From positions 1,302,001-1,366,000 of the forward strand of contig JAYWIR010000008.1 of the NCBI GenBank assembly GCA_036172245.1: a stretch of DNA of 64,000 nt. Reading direction: 5' to 3'. Source of the stretch: Raillietiella orientalis (Eukaryota). Position 1 is the first letter of the stretch; each line of letters opens with the position of its first letter. The notes beneath the pieces were generated by a model, which was not told the DNA's origin, did no database searches, and saw only the letters and a list, made by a program, of their open reading frames with translations. Below, one piece after another: positions 12,300-24,633 of the stretch. The position numbers and the translations under genes are program-made.

Positions 12300-15200
12300 A
12301 CCATGTTCGAATCTACAAGGAACCTGCCGGGCTACTGATGAGCAGACCAGCGAGGTTCACCTCGGCAGCGGTGAGGAACGGAGGATATGAAAATAAAAAT
12401 AAAATAAAATAAAATAAAAAGCTATGGAGGGCCAGGAAGAGATCAGTGTTTGCTGGAGAGAGTCTTCCACATTCTTTCCAGGCTGCCGGCAAGTTCCACC
12501 TGAGCAGCTTCCAGTTGGTGCCATCTGGTTGTCGTCAGTATCAAGCGAAGCGCATACTCGATGACATCTCTCTGGTCTCGTCCTCCATCAACTACGCTCC
12601 GGGTCGCTGCAATTCCTTGGATGCAGCAAAGAGTTGCTGGGGCTGCGGCTGGCGGTAGGCATCCCGCACGAAGAGGAGCTTGAAAACGTCCCTGAATGTG
12701 CCAACTGGGATCCGTAGGGTTGCGCCGGAATGTTCTTACAGGAACTGGGGGGGCAGCACAGTCCACAAGCAGGTGCGGGAGGGATCCTCGTTTCCCGCAC
12801 CTGAGACAGACCGGGATCACTTTCCTCTTCCCTCCCAGGTCCATTGGCGTCGGCAGGAATTATATGGAACACCAGAGTGCACAGCAGAATGCCGACTCCT
12901 GCCACTTCAGGGGGAGGGCGCTGCTGCTATCGAGCACCGGGAGCCACTTCAGGTCTCCGTTAAAAACACCGAGCAGCCGGCCCTAGCAATGTAGTCCTCA
13001 TGGAAGGAATCGGGGTCGCAGTAACCCCATGGTCCATCCGCTCATCAGTTTTCTCCTGTCTGCGATCTCGCAGGAGACTTCTGACCTCGTCTATTGTCTT
13101 CTGCCGATTGCCTTCCTTAGGAAGGGCATCGTCGAGACAAGGGGGATCAGCACCGTCCACGCTCTCATGCTGGGACTCTCCAGGATCCTCCGCAGCGAGC
13201 AGATGGCGTAGATGCTGAGTCACAGGCAGTCCCACTTCTCCGAGCTGAGCTCATTCATGTTCTCCCACGCGCAAACTGCTTCTTCCAGCTAGGCTGGAAG
13301 AAGCCTGGCTGGAAAAAGTCTCGAAGGAGCCTGGAGAGCAACCGGTGCCTGCTCCCGTCCGGCTGCTCTCCTTTCCCACGGCGTCCATCCGTCTGCGGAG
13401 TCGTCACTTTCCCACGGTCAGGGCACGAGAAGCAAGTCCTTTGGTTCCGGCCACATGGCTGACGAGGTGGCGCGCAGGAACTCACGGGAGAGGGAGCTCC
13501 AATACTTCGCTGTAATGGCCATCGTTCTCCAGCGCAGCCGGATCTCCATCCGCTTCAACGCCGGCAGGCCGAGGCTGCTGTCCCGACGCGGCTTCGGCCA
13601 AGTCCTTCAGCTGAGCTCGGAAGTCCCCCTTTCCAGCCGCCCGTGGAGGTTCACTGTCGGTCTTCCGCCTCGGGCAGGCTTTCCTGGGCCTCCTCTTCGT
13701 TCCTCCAGCAGGCAAGGAGCTCAGGGCTCCGTCCCCGCACCCCTCATCGAGGACCCCCCATAGAAAGAGGGGGTGCGGCCCAGCAACGCCTTCCATCCGT
13801 GCGGTTCCCGGCAGCCTCCAGCTACGAAGTCTGCGGGTCGCTCTGCTCCCCTCCTCGGGAACCCACGCGGGGCTCCTCCTGCGTTCTTGAGCCGCTTCTC
13901 ACAGGAAGCCGACCGACGTCCCAACCAGCAGCCCTCTCGTATGTTCCCACGGAGCAGGATCACGAGCGGGGGTCGGCCGCATCGGAGTGGAATGAGGCGA
14001 CCCACCGTCTCCCTTCGGCACCGTGGAACGATCGCCTACCTGCCTCCTCCTCATCCTCCTCCCTCCGAGAAAGAAGTGGCCAACAAGAAAAAGAGGACGA
14101 AAAGGTGAAAGAGGAGGATGAGCTAGCAACCGTTTCTGGCAAAGCTCTCCTTGAGTGCCGGCGAAAGAGGCTGGCCAGGTGTTACTGTTCACAAGAGCAA
14201 GAGGGCACCGGGTATTCCAAGGACCCCTTGCTGTCCTCGGTGGGGTCGCCAGCATTCGAGGTGATCCCGGTGGGACCCCCGCACTTCCCTTGCGGCGGAA
14301 GCAGTCAAAGCGACATTCCTGGTGGAGGGGCGCCTTCTATGGGCGCGATCTGGGCAGCACGGCAACAAAGGGACGTCGGGCGTTCCCGGATGCCTCGCCT
14401 TCCTTCTTCTTTTCTGCTCGGCGCGCAGTCCCTGGAGCCACCCGTGGCGACTAGCTGAATCCGAACCAAAAACGTGAGTAATCTCCAAGCGCTCCAGGTG
14501 TTCGCTGCTGAATAAAGGGTGCTCTGAAATCTTCCCACGTGGTCAACATGGTCCATCCCTTGGTCCGAGCATTTTGTGACCGGGAACGTCTGACCAGCCG
14601 GACCATGATTATTGGGAGGCATCAAGAGCTGCAGCCAGGGATGGCCACCTCGAAAACACTGGACCTTGGAGGCCGCTGATCAAACTGTTCCAGGAAAAGT
14701 CCCCGAGCCTAAGCCACACTTTGTGCCCAGGAGCTGAGGGATGGGCAAGTGTGGTGGATGTCAATTCCACCTCACAGATGCCCATCAGGAGTCCCGTTAG
14801 GGGGAGGGAAGGGCGAAGAACAGGCACCCAGAAGTAGTCGTGTCACCCAGAGGACCAACTCGTTTCCAAAGAAACGTCGGAAGCCGCAAGAGCAACCTTT
14901 GCGGGACATCTGGGGTCTTGGGATCCGAGAAATAGTAAAAGTGCTGAGGGAGCTGCTGAAAATTCTCGAGCACGAGAAGATCATCGGAAAGAAAATCGAA
15001 CGTCCAGAATTCCTGGGATGAGTAATGGAAGCACAGGATGGGCCACCCGTACTCCGAAGATCGGCCTTGCCTGGACACGTACTGCAGACAGATTTTAGGC
15101 TGCTCATTTGGATGAACAATAGATCCAAAGTGACCGGATAACCAGGTGGTGCTCATTGTGGAGAGTACCTCCGAACATTCAATGTATGTGCTAGAGTCGG
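12300..15200 (-). mobile_element. Decayed L1/Tx1-like ORF2 with 3' UTR (internally deleted)
   Basis: TLNVRR (~15170), DLLFIQ, LLVLENFQ (GDFN-like), PLALVNSN (RPISLLN-like, ~14190), LFLWG and CLLEERRGGPG (~13690-13770), and zf-RVT CLRCGKRGSLPHLLVDC (~12760-12810). Stop at 12443, followed by a T-rich tract and a hairpin. Confidence 0.72.
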
Positions 15201-15299
15201 TACGCCTCCCTATCCGTTACTCACGTAAATGAAAGGCTTCGGCCAAAGCGTCCGGGAGAGCATGGGATGCGAGGCGCAGACGCAAACGGAAATGAGAGC

Positions 15300-17100
15300 G
15301 CGCCTGCTGTGCTCCCAGAGTGCGTGCGGGTAGGCCGTCTTCTCTGGAGAGGTGCCGACGTGCATGCATAAAGGAGGAGTCAATGAGGATTCTTTATGTA
15401 GAGGAGGAGCATGTGGTAGAAAATCTGCCGGCTGCTGCTTTGTCAGCTACAGCGCTTTTGACAATCCAAGCCATCAAGCGCCGTGCTGATCCGACACGCG
15501 GGCACACTCTCGGAGACAGCAGATCGGATCCTCTTTCGAGATCAACTCCTAGGTCCTCGCTCCGCGGTCGCGGTTCCCATTTCGCACGCGTCCCAGTTTT
15601 GGGTCTTCCCCTCGACTCGTTTCCCTTCCGTCTCCCTTCCGAGGCAGGGAGCTGCGGGTGAACTGAAACTGCTGTGCTTCCTCGTGATCTAGGAGAGGAC
15701 CAGATGCAAAAAAGGAACGAAACACGAAAAGTCCGGTGCTTTCCGGTTCGTGGCTTCTGGGGCTCCGGCGTACAGACTGGAAAAACCTCAAGCTGTTCCT
15801 CAAAACAAGGGCTCTTTGCTGCCCTCCCTTCGCGGGCAACAGAGTCGCTTCACAGCGCGTTGCTTTTCACCACTCACCACTCTCGCTGCTGGGGTGAACG
15901 GAGGACTCACTCTGCTTTCCGCCTGGAAGACCTCCACAGTTTTTTTCTTTTGAACAATTCCGTTTTCTTGATCCCAATTAGAGCATCAGACGACTGCGGG
16001 TTTCCGAGAGTTCACCCGATTTCAAAATGGTGTTTGAAAACTGAAAATCATCCTTAAAACATCTCTGGGAGAGCGGACCCCCTTCACCGGGGGGACCCCT
16101 CCGGTTTCAAGATGGAACAGGAGCCTTTACAGGCACTTCTCCAGTTGTTTAAAGGAGCGGACCCCCGTGTTGTGGTGAGGGCCCTCCGAGTCGCCGCCTC
16201 TCCAGAAGAGTGCAAGGAAGCAAGCGAGAGCGATCCCCCTGCGGGAAGCTGCAGCACCCCTTCTGAATTTCGGAAGCGGTTTTTCGGAGTTCTCTTCAGA
16301 GGAGTGAACAGGAGCGGTTCCCTTGCAAATTCTCTCGGGAGAAGAAATTCCTACTAATGGATCCTTTCCGGTTTCCTCCAGGAGGGGGGTGGTCTTCTCC
16401 ATTTCATCTTCTCCGAAAGAATGAGGAAAGAGAGAATGAGGAAGGAGATTTCCTTCTGGGTTCCCCTTCGGAGACAACTAGGGTGGGAGGTGTGATCCCC
16501 CCCCCTCCCGAGTGGATCCCTCCCCAAACGTGAGAGGAACGGACTCCTAGCCTTCCTGGATTCATAGGGCGGACCCTTCCCCCTTCCGGGGTGCCCCCTA
16601 TCTTGAAGAATTACACGCACCCTCCGCGGGTGGCGTGGTGTTAGAGAGCCACGTGCGCCGCGAGGCACACGACCGGCTCTCGAGGTATTTAGCAAACCAA
16701 AAAAAAGAAATCCTGAAAAAACAGAAACAAAAACAAAAGCTGGAAGGGAAAAAACAGCGAAGACAGAAGAACCCAAAAGGATTTCCATCATCGGAACCCC
16801 CTGGGCTCCTTGCTCCGCGCTCCCGGTTCCGATTTTGCACATGTCCCTGCTTCGGGTCCTCCCTTCGACTCTTTCCTTCCGCCTTCCTTCCGAGGCAGGG
16901 AGCTGCGGGCAAACTGAAATTGGAAATCAATTTCTGAACGCAAAGGAGTCCTGCTCAAAACGGGAGTTGTACTCAGAAGAGGGCTTTCCGTGGAGACCTA
17001 GTAGAAGATGGGGTGCATACAAGCGTGGGAAGAAGCGGAAATTTCCTCACTCGGCTCTTCCGCCTTGCCCGCCGCCCGTCACCTGCGCACCCGAAGCGAG
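15300..17100 (+). mobile_element. L1/Tx1-like 5' region/ORF1 remnants on the plus strand
   Basis: 16190-16790 is the inverted homolog of 40545-41030 (for example the exact 19-mer ccctatgaatccaggaagg or its reverse complement), which leads into a minus-strand ORF1. There is an internal diverged duplication, 15555-15670 vs 16805-16920. Confidence 0.5.
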
Positions 17101-18649
17101 AAAAAAAAAAAAAAGAAGTGCGTCCGTCGGGAAAGTGCGGAGTTCCCCAAACGAGAATTCATCATGCCGACGCCATTCATCTCCGTGGATCCAAGGGGGA
17201 CCCCTGTGCTCCTGCAACAGAAATCGCAAGATGAATGAGGCAGCCGGCATATTTTTATTATTTCTGCTACGGCAAGTGAAACGCGTGGCGACTGCTCTGC
17301 GAACGAAACGACTCCTGGATCAATGAAAGGGATACCACATCAATTGTTCCTTAACAGGGATTTCATTTTCGCGCTCCGCGGAGGCCCACGTGGATGGGGG
17401 AGCTCCTGGTGCTGAATAGAAGTGTCAGGGGGTAGCGCTGCCATTGTATTGCAGTCGGAAACCTGTTTTGTGAGGCTTCCAAGGTGTGAAATTTCAAGTG
17501 TTCCTACGACACGCGGAGAGTCACGAATAGGTGTCGAGAAATCAGAGTGCGTCGGAGGGCTTTGTTTGAAACAAAGGGGACGGTTCCTTGACAGAAAACA
17601 AGGATGCTGGCGCGGATGCAGGGCGAAAGGGTTGGAACCGTGCGTCAGTCAAACCCAGACCACTAGAATGCCGTCCTGACTCCCGAGTCTTTCGTTGGAA
17701 CAGCTGTGGGTATGTGGACTGTGGAGATGAAGAAGCAGCCTTTGGTGGTGGCCATGAATCGCATTAGGACCTAGAAGATCACTTCTCGAAAGCCGTGGGG
17801 GACCGGAGGGTCGAAATGGACCTTTATCGGGGGAGTCAGTTTTCATTTTCTATTAATGAATGTCATTTGAAAGCACGTCGTAATGATGGATGCAGGGAGA
17901 CTCTCGTGCACAGGTGGCTTGAGGACGGAAGCTACCAGAAGGAACGCGGATGGTTCGGTGAGCGCGAATCGCGGCTCGCTGAGCAGCTCGTGCTTCGCAT
18001 CGTCCCGCAGGATTTATCCTGTAGAACGAGATTCAACGCCTCGGAGGCTCAGGTTTTCTTGAGATTCAGCCACGATGCATTCCAGAAAACGGGATAGAAT
18101 CGACTGAACGACGCGGGTGCCCACGTATCCCCAAGTTGTGAGAAACGGAACATTGCATTTCCTCTTTCAAATAAAGGGCAATGCTATCGATTGCAGCGTA
18201 GCCTGTGGTCACAGGATGAGAAGCGAAGGGTGGCAAATTCCTGAGTCCTGAGACAGAGTGGATGTAAATAGTGCTCTCGTAGCAGCGTGCGATGAGTGCT
18301 CTCTCCAGCGAACCAAGCGGAACTGAATTTGGAAAGACTTGTCAAGATGCTCTTTTACGATGCCGGTGCGGAAAATGCTTTCCAGTTGAGAGGCAGTGTG
18401 TTTATTTGTTTGTTTGCTTTTTTTGTTTAAAAAAAAAAAAAAAAAAACCTGCGTTTGGATTGAGGGGGTTGGCAAAGTGTGACCATTCGATTCGAGGCAC
18501 TACGAGAACAACTACGTAGCGCTGAGGGCAGAACCTTTTTTCACGATCAGAGGGAACTCTTTCATGAGACTAAGATGACGTGCGCTTCGCAGTGGATGAG
18601 ATCTGAATTATTTTGACTGAGCTACGGAAATGAACGGTAGTCATCTGAA

Positions 18650-21600
18650 AAAAAAAAAAAAAAAAAAATCCCATAAAGCTAGCAAGATGGAAAAGCAAAA
18701 TCTTGAACGATCGCAAAGCATTTTATGAGATGGAGTTCAATTGAACTGTTTGCCAAACACGGTAGTATCACGGTAGCAGTGTTGTTTCGAGTGTACACAA
18801 TGAAGAACGCATTTTGAGAAACTGCATTAGAAATCTGGAGCGGAAGAAGCTAACTGAGAGTGACGGCTATAGTTTTCTTGGAGAGATTTGGTTAACAGAG
18901 AAGAAGGCTAGCGCTGACAGTCTCCTTTAATGGGTGATTCAACATGATTTGAGCTCAGTGCAGTGTGGGAAAGTTTTTTCGACTCTTGGTCTTGCGGAAT
19001 CTTTTCGACACGGAGATTGCGATGGTTCCCGACAAGAAGACGTCTCCGACGTGCTCGACGTAAGGTTAGGTAGCGGCGCTGCTCGTGACACCATTTATTC
19101 TGTACATTCGGTGCTCTGCAAATTCTTCAAGGCCTATAGCAAAAAAAGTTTGGTCTTGTGTGGTGGAAGCACACTGTGCTCTACTTTTCGCCGCTTCCAC
19201 GGCTCCAGGAACTCCCTGACTCCTTAGAGTATTCCTCTACTGCCTCGAACAGGAATTAGTCGCACGGTGAAAAATCCGGATCATATGAGCGACGTTGCAA
19301 TGCATCCCTGACTGCAGTTTTCCCAGTGCATGAGTCAGAACTGCTCCTTCGAAGGACCTTACACCCTTCGATCGAATCCCTGGCTTCCTTTCCCATCCGT
19401 AACCCTAAGTGTGCCGAGTGTGGCTTCCACCATCGGCAGGGAGATGAACGAACGAGCAAGGGTTCATTGGCGTGAGTTGAATGAGGTGGAGTATCGAGAG
19501 TTGTGAATCTATTCCTCAGCGTTTCCATCTAAGGTTTCTTCAAAGAATCATTTCTGTATGCCGCATCCAAATAATACCTTGATTACTCACAAGGAGCTTG
19601 AGTATACTTTAGGTTGTATCCATGTCATCGAGGGTAAACGAATATTCGAATTTCCTGACATGCAGACGATGCCAATCACCAAAACAAGCTGATGCTTTAA
19701 TGACAGGTCTCTGATGTTCTGGATCATAACTTGGCTTAGTGAATTGAGCATTGGCTTTCCGGTTCTGGATGCTTGAGGTCGTCAACGATAGTTCGTCTAC
19801 CGAACTCGCTTTCTCCAATTACGCTGGGGCCCGGAAGATGGCGAACTGAGCCTAGCCGGGACGAAGACGGAAGAAACTTTGATGGAGATCCACAGCGATA
19901 CAGATAGCTGGCACTCGTCCAAGAGGAAGGGAAGAGGGGAGTCTTGTCCGGAAGGGCGAGTGAATGGAGAGAGACCTTGGGACCGAAATGAACTCGACCT
20001 TTTCCCGAACTGGAAATGGGTGAGGAAGTCCGGCTTGCTTGAAAGCTGAAACTCGGACTGTAGGATCCATGAGCGCCCAGTGGGCCCATTTTGGTAAGCA
20101 GATCTGGAGCTGCGGGATGAGCCAAACGTTGGGTGACAGAGCCTGATGCGACGCTCATCAGATCTCATGAAAGATCTTGGTTGCTATGGATAGCCGTACT
20201 GTAGCCATGGAAGTCGGAATCCGCCAAGGAGTGTCGGCAGCGACTACTTACCCGCCAAAGCAACCGGCCCTGAGGATGCGTCGAGTCTCTGCCCAACCTC
20301 CGGGACAGAACCGTTCCTGCCTTCAGGCTCACCGCCGCCGGAATCCGGCAAGTTCCTCAGGTTCTGGCGAGTAGGAGGGTCGCGACGGTTCGCGCGGAAG
20401 GGTTTGGACGCCCGCTCGCCTGGAGCCGCCATCAGCAGAGATCTTGGTGATGATAGCCAATACTCCAGCGAGATGGTGAAGGTCTGATGGGGAAGGGGGC
20501 TCCATGACAACAGTCTCAGAGCAAGGTTCAGTCGATCAGAAGTCCTGGAGAAACATTTACTTTAGTTACGGGTAGTCTTGAGATTTCAGCAGTTCATTTC
20601 GGGAACACTGGAAGTCTACGGAGTTCCACTTCACTCTTCTTCCTGAGAATCTCTGCCAAGCAACACACACTATCAGCATGCAGTTTCTCATGGCTACTCT
20701 TTGCAATCTTCTTCCTTGCTGCGGTTAGGACAAGAGGAGAGACATCCTTTTTGAGTGTGCATTGTGACAAGACTTCACAAAGTGCTGGATTCTTCCCATG
20801 TGACAAAGAGGCCAGCTGACCAGGCTGGAAGTGGGGCGTTCTTCAGCTAGCCTCACTCAGCCCATGCGAGGGATTTCGTCTTTCGGCCTTCCTGGATAAT
20901 GAACAGGAAGTGAGAGATAGTGGGAGACGCTCTGGATTTCATCAGCAAGGGATGTTCCGAGAAGAATAGTAACACCCTGAACTCAACTCAAGCCCTGTGT
21001 ACAAGATCGAAGCGGTGCATCCCAGGAAGCTGGGGTGCATCTGTTTCTACCCTCAGAAAAGAAGGAGACCGGATCACTTTTTGAGCATTTGCCTGGGGAA
21101 GATCCACCGCTTTGCGGTAGTCCAGGTGGCGAGGAACAGAAGTGGATGTGATGACTGCCATCCGTTCCTGGTTCGGAGAGCCTCTCATGGACTTTGCAGT
21201 AGCCGCTTTGTTAGTCGGCATGCGAGGTGAGGTGGGGAGGACATCGAATGGCGTCCTGCAGAGATCTGGATTCCTGCAGGAGCTGCGGAGATCATAACGG
21301 ACGTTCGCCAGAGGAGAAAGGAAGCTCAGGGCGTTTCAGGCTTAGAGGTGGTGGGAGGCAAGGAGTACCAGAAGAGAGCAAGAAATAATCGGATGAGACT
21401 TCAGCAGCATATGAAGATGGCTTTTAGTGGAAACTGAGCTGCATCAGAAAGGCGATATCTCTGCCATTTTGACCATGTAATGAATAGTTCTTAACTGAGC
21501 TCCCCTCTCTTAGGAAAAACGTTCAGGTGCTCTTAAAAAGAAGGGATTTGCAGGAAATGAGGGAAGATATCTGCCTGAGAATGGACAGAAAGCCATGTCA

Positions 21601-22600
21601 GTAGATGAGTAGTGGACATTACAATGCACAGGCGTCGGGAGAAAACTCTACAATAGTAGTAGGCTCGGAAGGGAGCACAACGAAGGAGACTTCGTTGCTA
21701 TTGTCATGCATGATGAATGGCACAGGGAAGACCCGCTGTTGCGATACATGAAACTTGGCCGAAGGAGGAAGTCAGAGGCAGGAAATAGATGAAAACTTTT
21801 CCTGTCTATCTTCAACGCTAAGGGTTGGAACGGAATTCTGTCTATAGGTTTTTCTTCCAAGGTGCGAGTCGACCCGCCATCGGAAACACAAGAGGGACTC
21901 TGGAAACGAGACCGCGTTTGAAGGTGGGAAGGAAGACTCACGCAAACATCCATCGATTGCCCTCTCGGACGACGATCCTCCTAGCAGGACGGAAAGGGGA
22001 CTGTCGCAAGGGAATAGCTGGATCGGAAGTACATAGGTCCTATGATCACCCCAAACATGCGCTTGCCCTTCTTACAGATGAGATCTCGGAAAGGCCACCG
22101 TTGCTCTGGACGTGACCTTCAAAACCAACAGCCCGGCTAGGATGCCTTTCCTCAGAAGTAGGTTTCCCGAGGCAAAAATAGTCGACTGTAAGCCGCCTGC
22201 AGAGGTGCTTCCACCAGTGAGTTCTGCTTTCAGCTGTGAGAGCTGTTGTCGGAATCGTTTCTTTGTTTTGGGATGCTGGTCGTCTCTCTTGTTCAGCGAG
22301 GAATAAGAAATTGGAGAACTCCTCGTGTACGACGTCATTTCAACAGACAGTGCTCTCAACTGCCAGGCGACAGTTTGTCTGCTTGTTATTTGAAAACGTT
22401 TCCCACCATTTCTGACAGTACGGGCTGCTAGTAGTCTAGAAGCAGTATGGCTCGGAGGCACGAGATTTTCATGAATCGGAAATTTGGTTATTTCATCGTT
22501 TTCCAACCAGTTTCTTTTGATTGTATGTGTATTTCCGAAAGAACATCCAACATGGAGACGGCTGTTGCAAAGTGAAATCACCTAGGGAATGGTTTAGAGC
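18650..22600 (-). mobile_element. Decayed L1/Tx1-like relic (EN-RT)
   Basis: DVCVSLPSH (LQETH-like, ~21940), ITWSKW, SSDYFLL (SDH-like, ~21390), DVSPLVLTAARKKIAK (RPISLLN.DYKI.AK-like, ~20700-20745), SWSPLPHQTFTISLE (QG.PLSP.LF.L.LE-like, ~20470-20505). Confidence 0.6.
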
Positions 22601-23907
22601 TAACGCCTGCTATCCGCGCTTACCGATTTTCAGGCGACTATCATTTTCTAAGGATCATATAGTTTTTGTTTCTTTTTTTTGAACTCATATATTTGTATTT
22701 GGTGGCAAACTCGGCGTCTGTCAAGCCTGACCGGTGGTAGCATTAAAGATACCGTTTTTAATGGCTGTTCTCTCCAATTCATTGGTACTTGGGATGCATT
22801 TTTATTATTCTTGGAAAATCTTAGGTATCTTGGGCTCCTGAGCAATTTGCTATAGGATAGCTCTGAAACTCACGAGGTTTTGCATGTTTCGTCTCAAATG
22901 TCGGGGAAACATTGCTATAACAAATCTCAATCAGTGGAATAGGAGATTAATGAAATGAAAGGAGTGACCAATAGAAACGTGTGCTCCCATACAGTGAATC
23001 ATATGAGTCAATCAATTAAATTAATTACCTTAATGAGTATATAACCGTCACAGCAGAAGGGTGTCATCTGGGTTCTGCTTCGACAATGAATTTCTAGGCC
23101 GTTACCATACATATCGTTCGATCTAGTACTCTTAAATGATGCCGCTTACAAGTAGTTTACATCTTGAATGGAGAAATAAGAGGGAAGAGATGGAAAGTTG
23201 AATTCTGGCATTATGCTTTATTTAAGATTTGGATGACCTTTAAGAAATGATTCTTAGTTGAAACTGTAGTTACTGCCGTTAGAGAAAGTGATTTGAATTT
23301 TTGTAGAGATGGAATTTATTTTCTAAAAAACTTATCTTTAAAATTTTATTGATTTTATCATGACATGGGAATAAAATATATTTTAAAGCATTACTAATTT
23401 TCTAAAATTGCCATTCAATGAATCGATGGCAAGTTAATAATATAACACCCTACAAAAGCTGAGATTTAAGTTTGAATACCTGTTTGTGAATAGATATTTC
23501 ATTGCAATTGAAAATGCGTTGTTCCCATCACAGCTTTCTTTTTCATCTTGAATTCCACCTACACCAGAATCTATTAAAAAAACTACGAATTTCTTTGTAT
23601 TTAATAGGTATCACATCTCTAAATTTTCAATTAACTTTCCTAAATTTCGTATCAAAAAATCCTTCTCTTTATCCAAATTTCGTTTTAACCTCTGGTTTTG
23701 AAGACTGATTTGGAAATCTCGAAACTGCTTGCCTTTACAATGTTAGTAACTAAAACTTTTTTTCATTTGGTACTCCTATCTTCCAGGTAGGGAATTTGAA
23801 TGTCTCGAAGCGATAGCGTGCTGTGAGGTTTTCCCAAGCCACGTTAATGTAGTTTGCTATTAAGGAATTTAACCTTACATCTTTTTGTGTATGCATAAAG
23901 AACTAAT

Positions 23908-24514
23908 ATGAGTAGGAGGCAAAATCCACAAGAATTTCTAAAGCAGATTATAGGAAGACCAGTTGTTGTGAAGCTCAATTCTGGAATCGATTACAGAGGT
24001 TATTTTCCCATAAACTCTCCTTTTGTTCCATTCTAACGTAATATTTAATAACTTATTGCATTTATCGTATCAATTCTGTTACTGTTGGTGGTATTTGCAT
24101 TTGGACCACTGAAGGTTAAAACATTGCAATGTTTTGTTTTATTGTCTTTATGAAGCAGCTTTACCGTGAAAACAGACAAACAAGCAGCTACAACTACAAA
24201 AAAATTTTCTTCTATCATTGCAAAAAGAATAATCATCCTGAATGAAGAATTTATTGCTGAATTATGCATGCAAGGCTATTTGGCCTGTTTTTCCATTTCA
24301 TCCTTTTGTGATAACTTTGCAGTGGATGTTGCTCTATTTAATTTTTGAAATGTTTATGATTTCAGGAGTCCTAGCATGTTTAGATGGTTATATGAATATT
24401 GCATTGGAACAAACCGAAGAATATGTTAATGGGCAACTGAAAAACAAATATGGTGATGCATTTATTCGAGGAAATAATGTTCTTTACATTAGCACTCAGA
24501 GAAGACGAGCATAA
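23908..24514 (+). CDS. LSM6: U6 snRNA-associated Sm-like protein LSm6, 79 aa
   Basis: Exons 23908-23998 and 24366-24514 (GT-AG intron) encode MSRRQNPQEFLKQIIGRPVVVKLNSGIDYRGVLACLDGYMNIALEQTEEYVNGQLKNKYGDAFIRGNNVLYISTQRRRA, nearly identical to metazoan LSm6. Confidence 0.97.
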
Positions 24515-24627
24515 GCTTTTGGAAAATTGAACTTTAAGTCATTATTGTCTGTATAACACTGGTATAGATTAAACTACTATGACGGATTCTCATAAGCAAC
24601 TTAATGCAATACTGCGCATAGTATTGC

Positions 24628-24633
24628 AATAAA
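24628..24633 (+). promoter_or_regulatory. Probable LSm6 polyadenylation signal
   Basis: AATAAA about 115 nt after the stop codon, followed by a T/GT-rich tract. Confidence 0.5.

Noticed and set aside
12335..12356. CTGATGA resembling a hammerhead ribozyme core
   Set aside because: It is followed by GAGG rather than GAAA, stems I and III are missing, and the homologous hairpins in the other copies lack the motif.
23480..23780. Possible gene divergent from LSm6 on the minus strand
   Set aside because: Only short frames with stops, no convincing splice sites and no recognisable protein motif.
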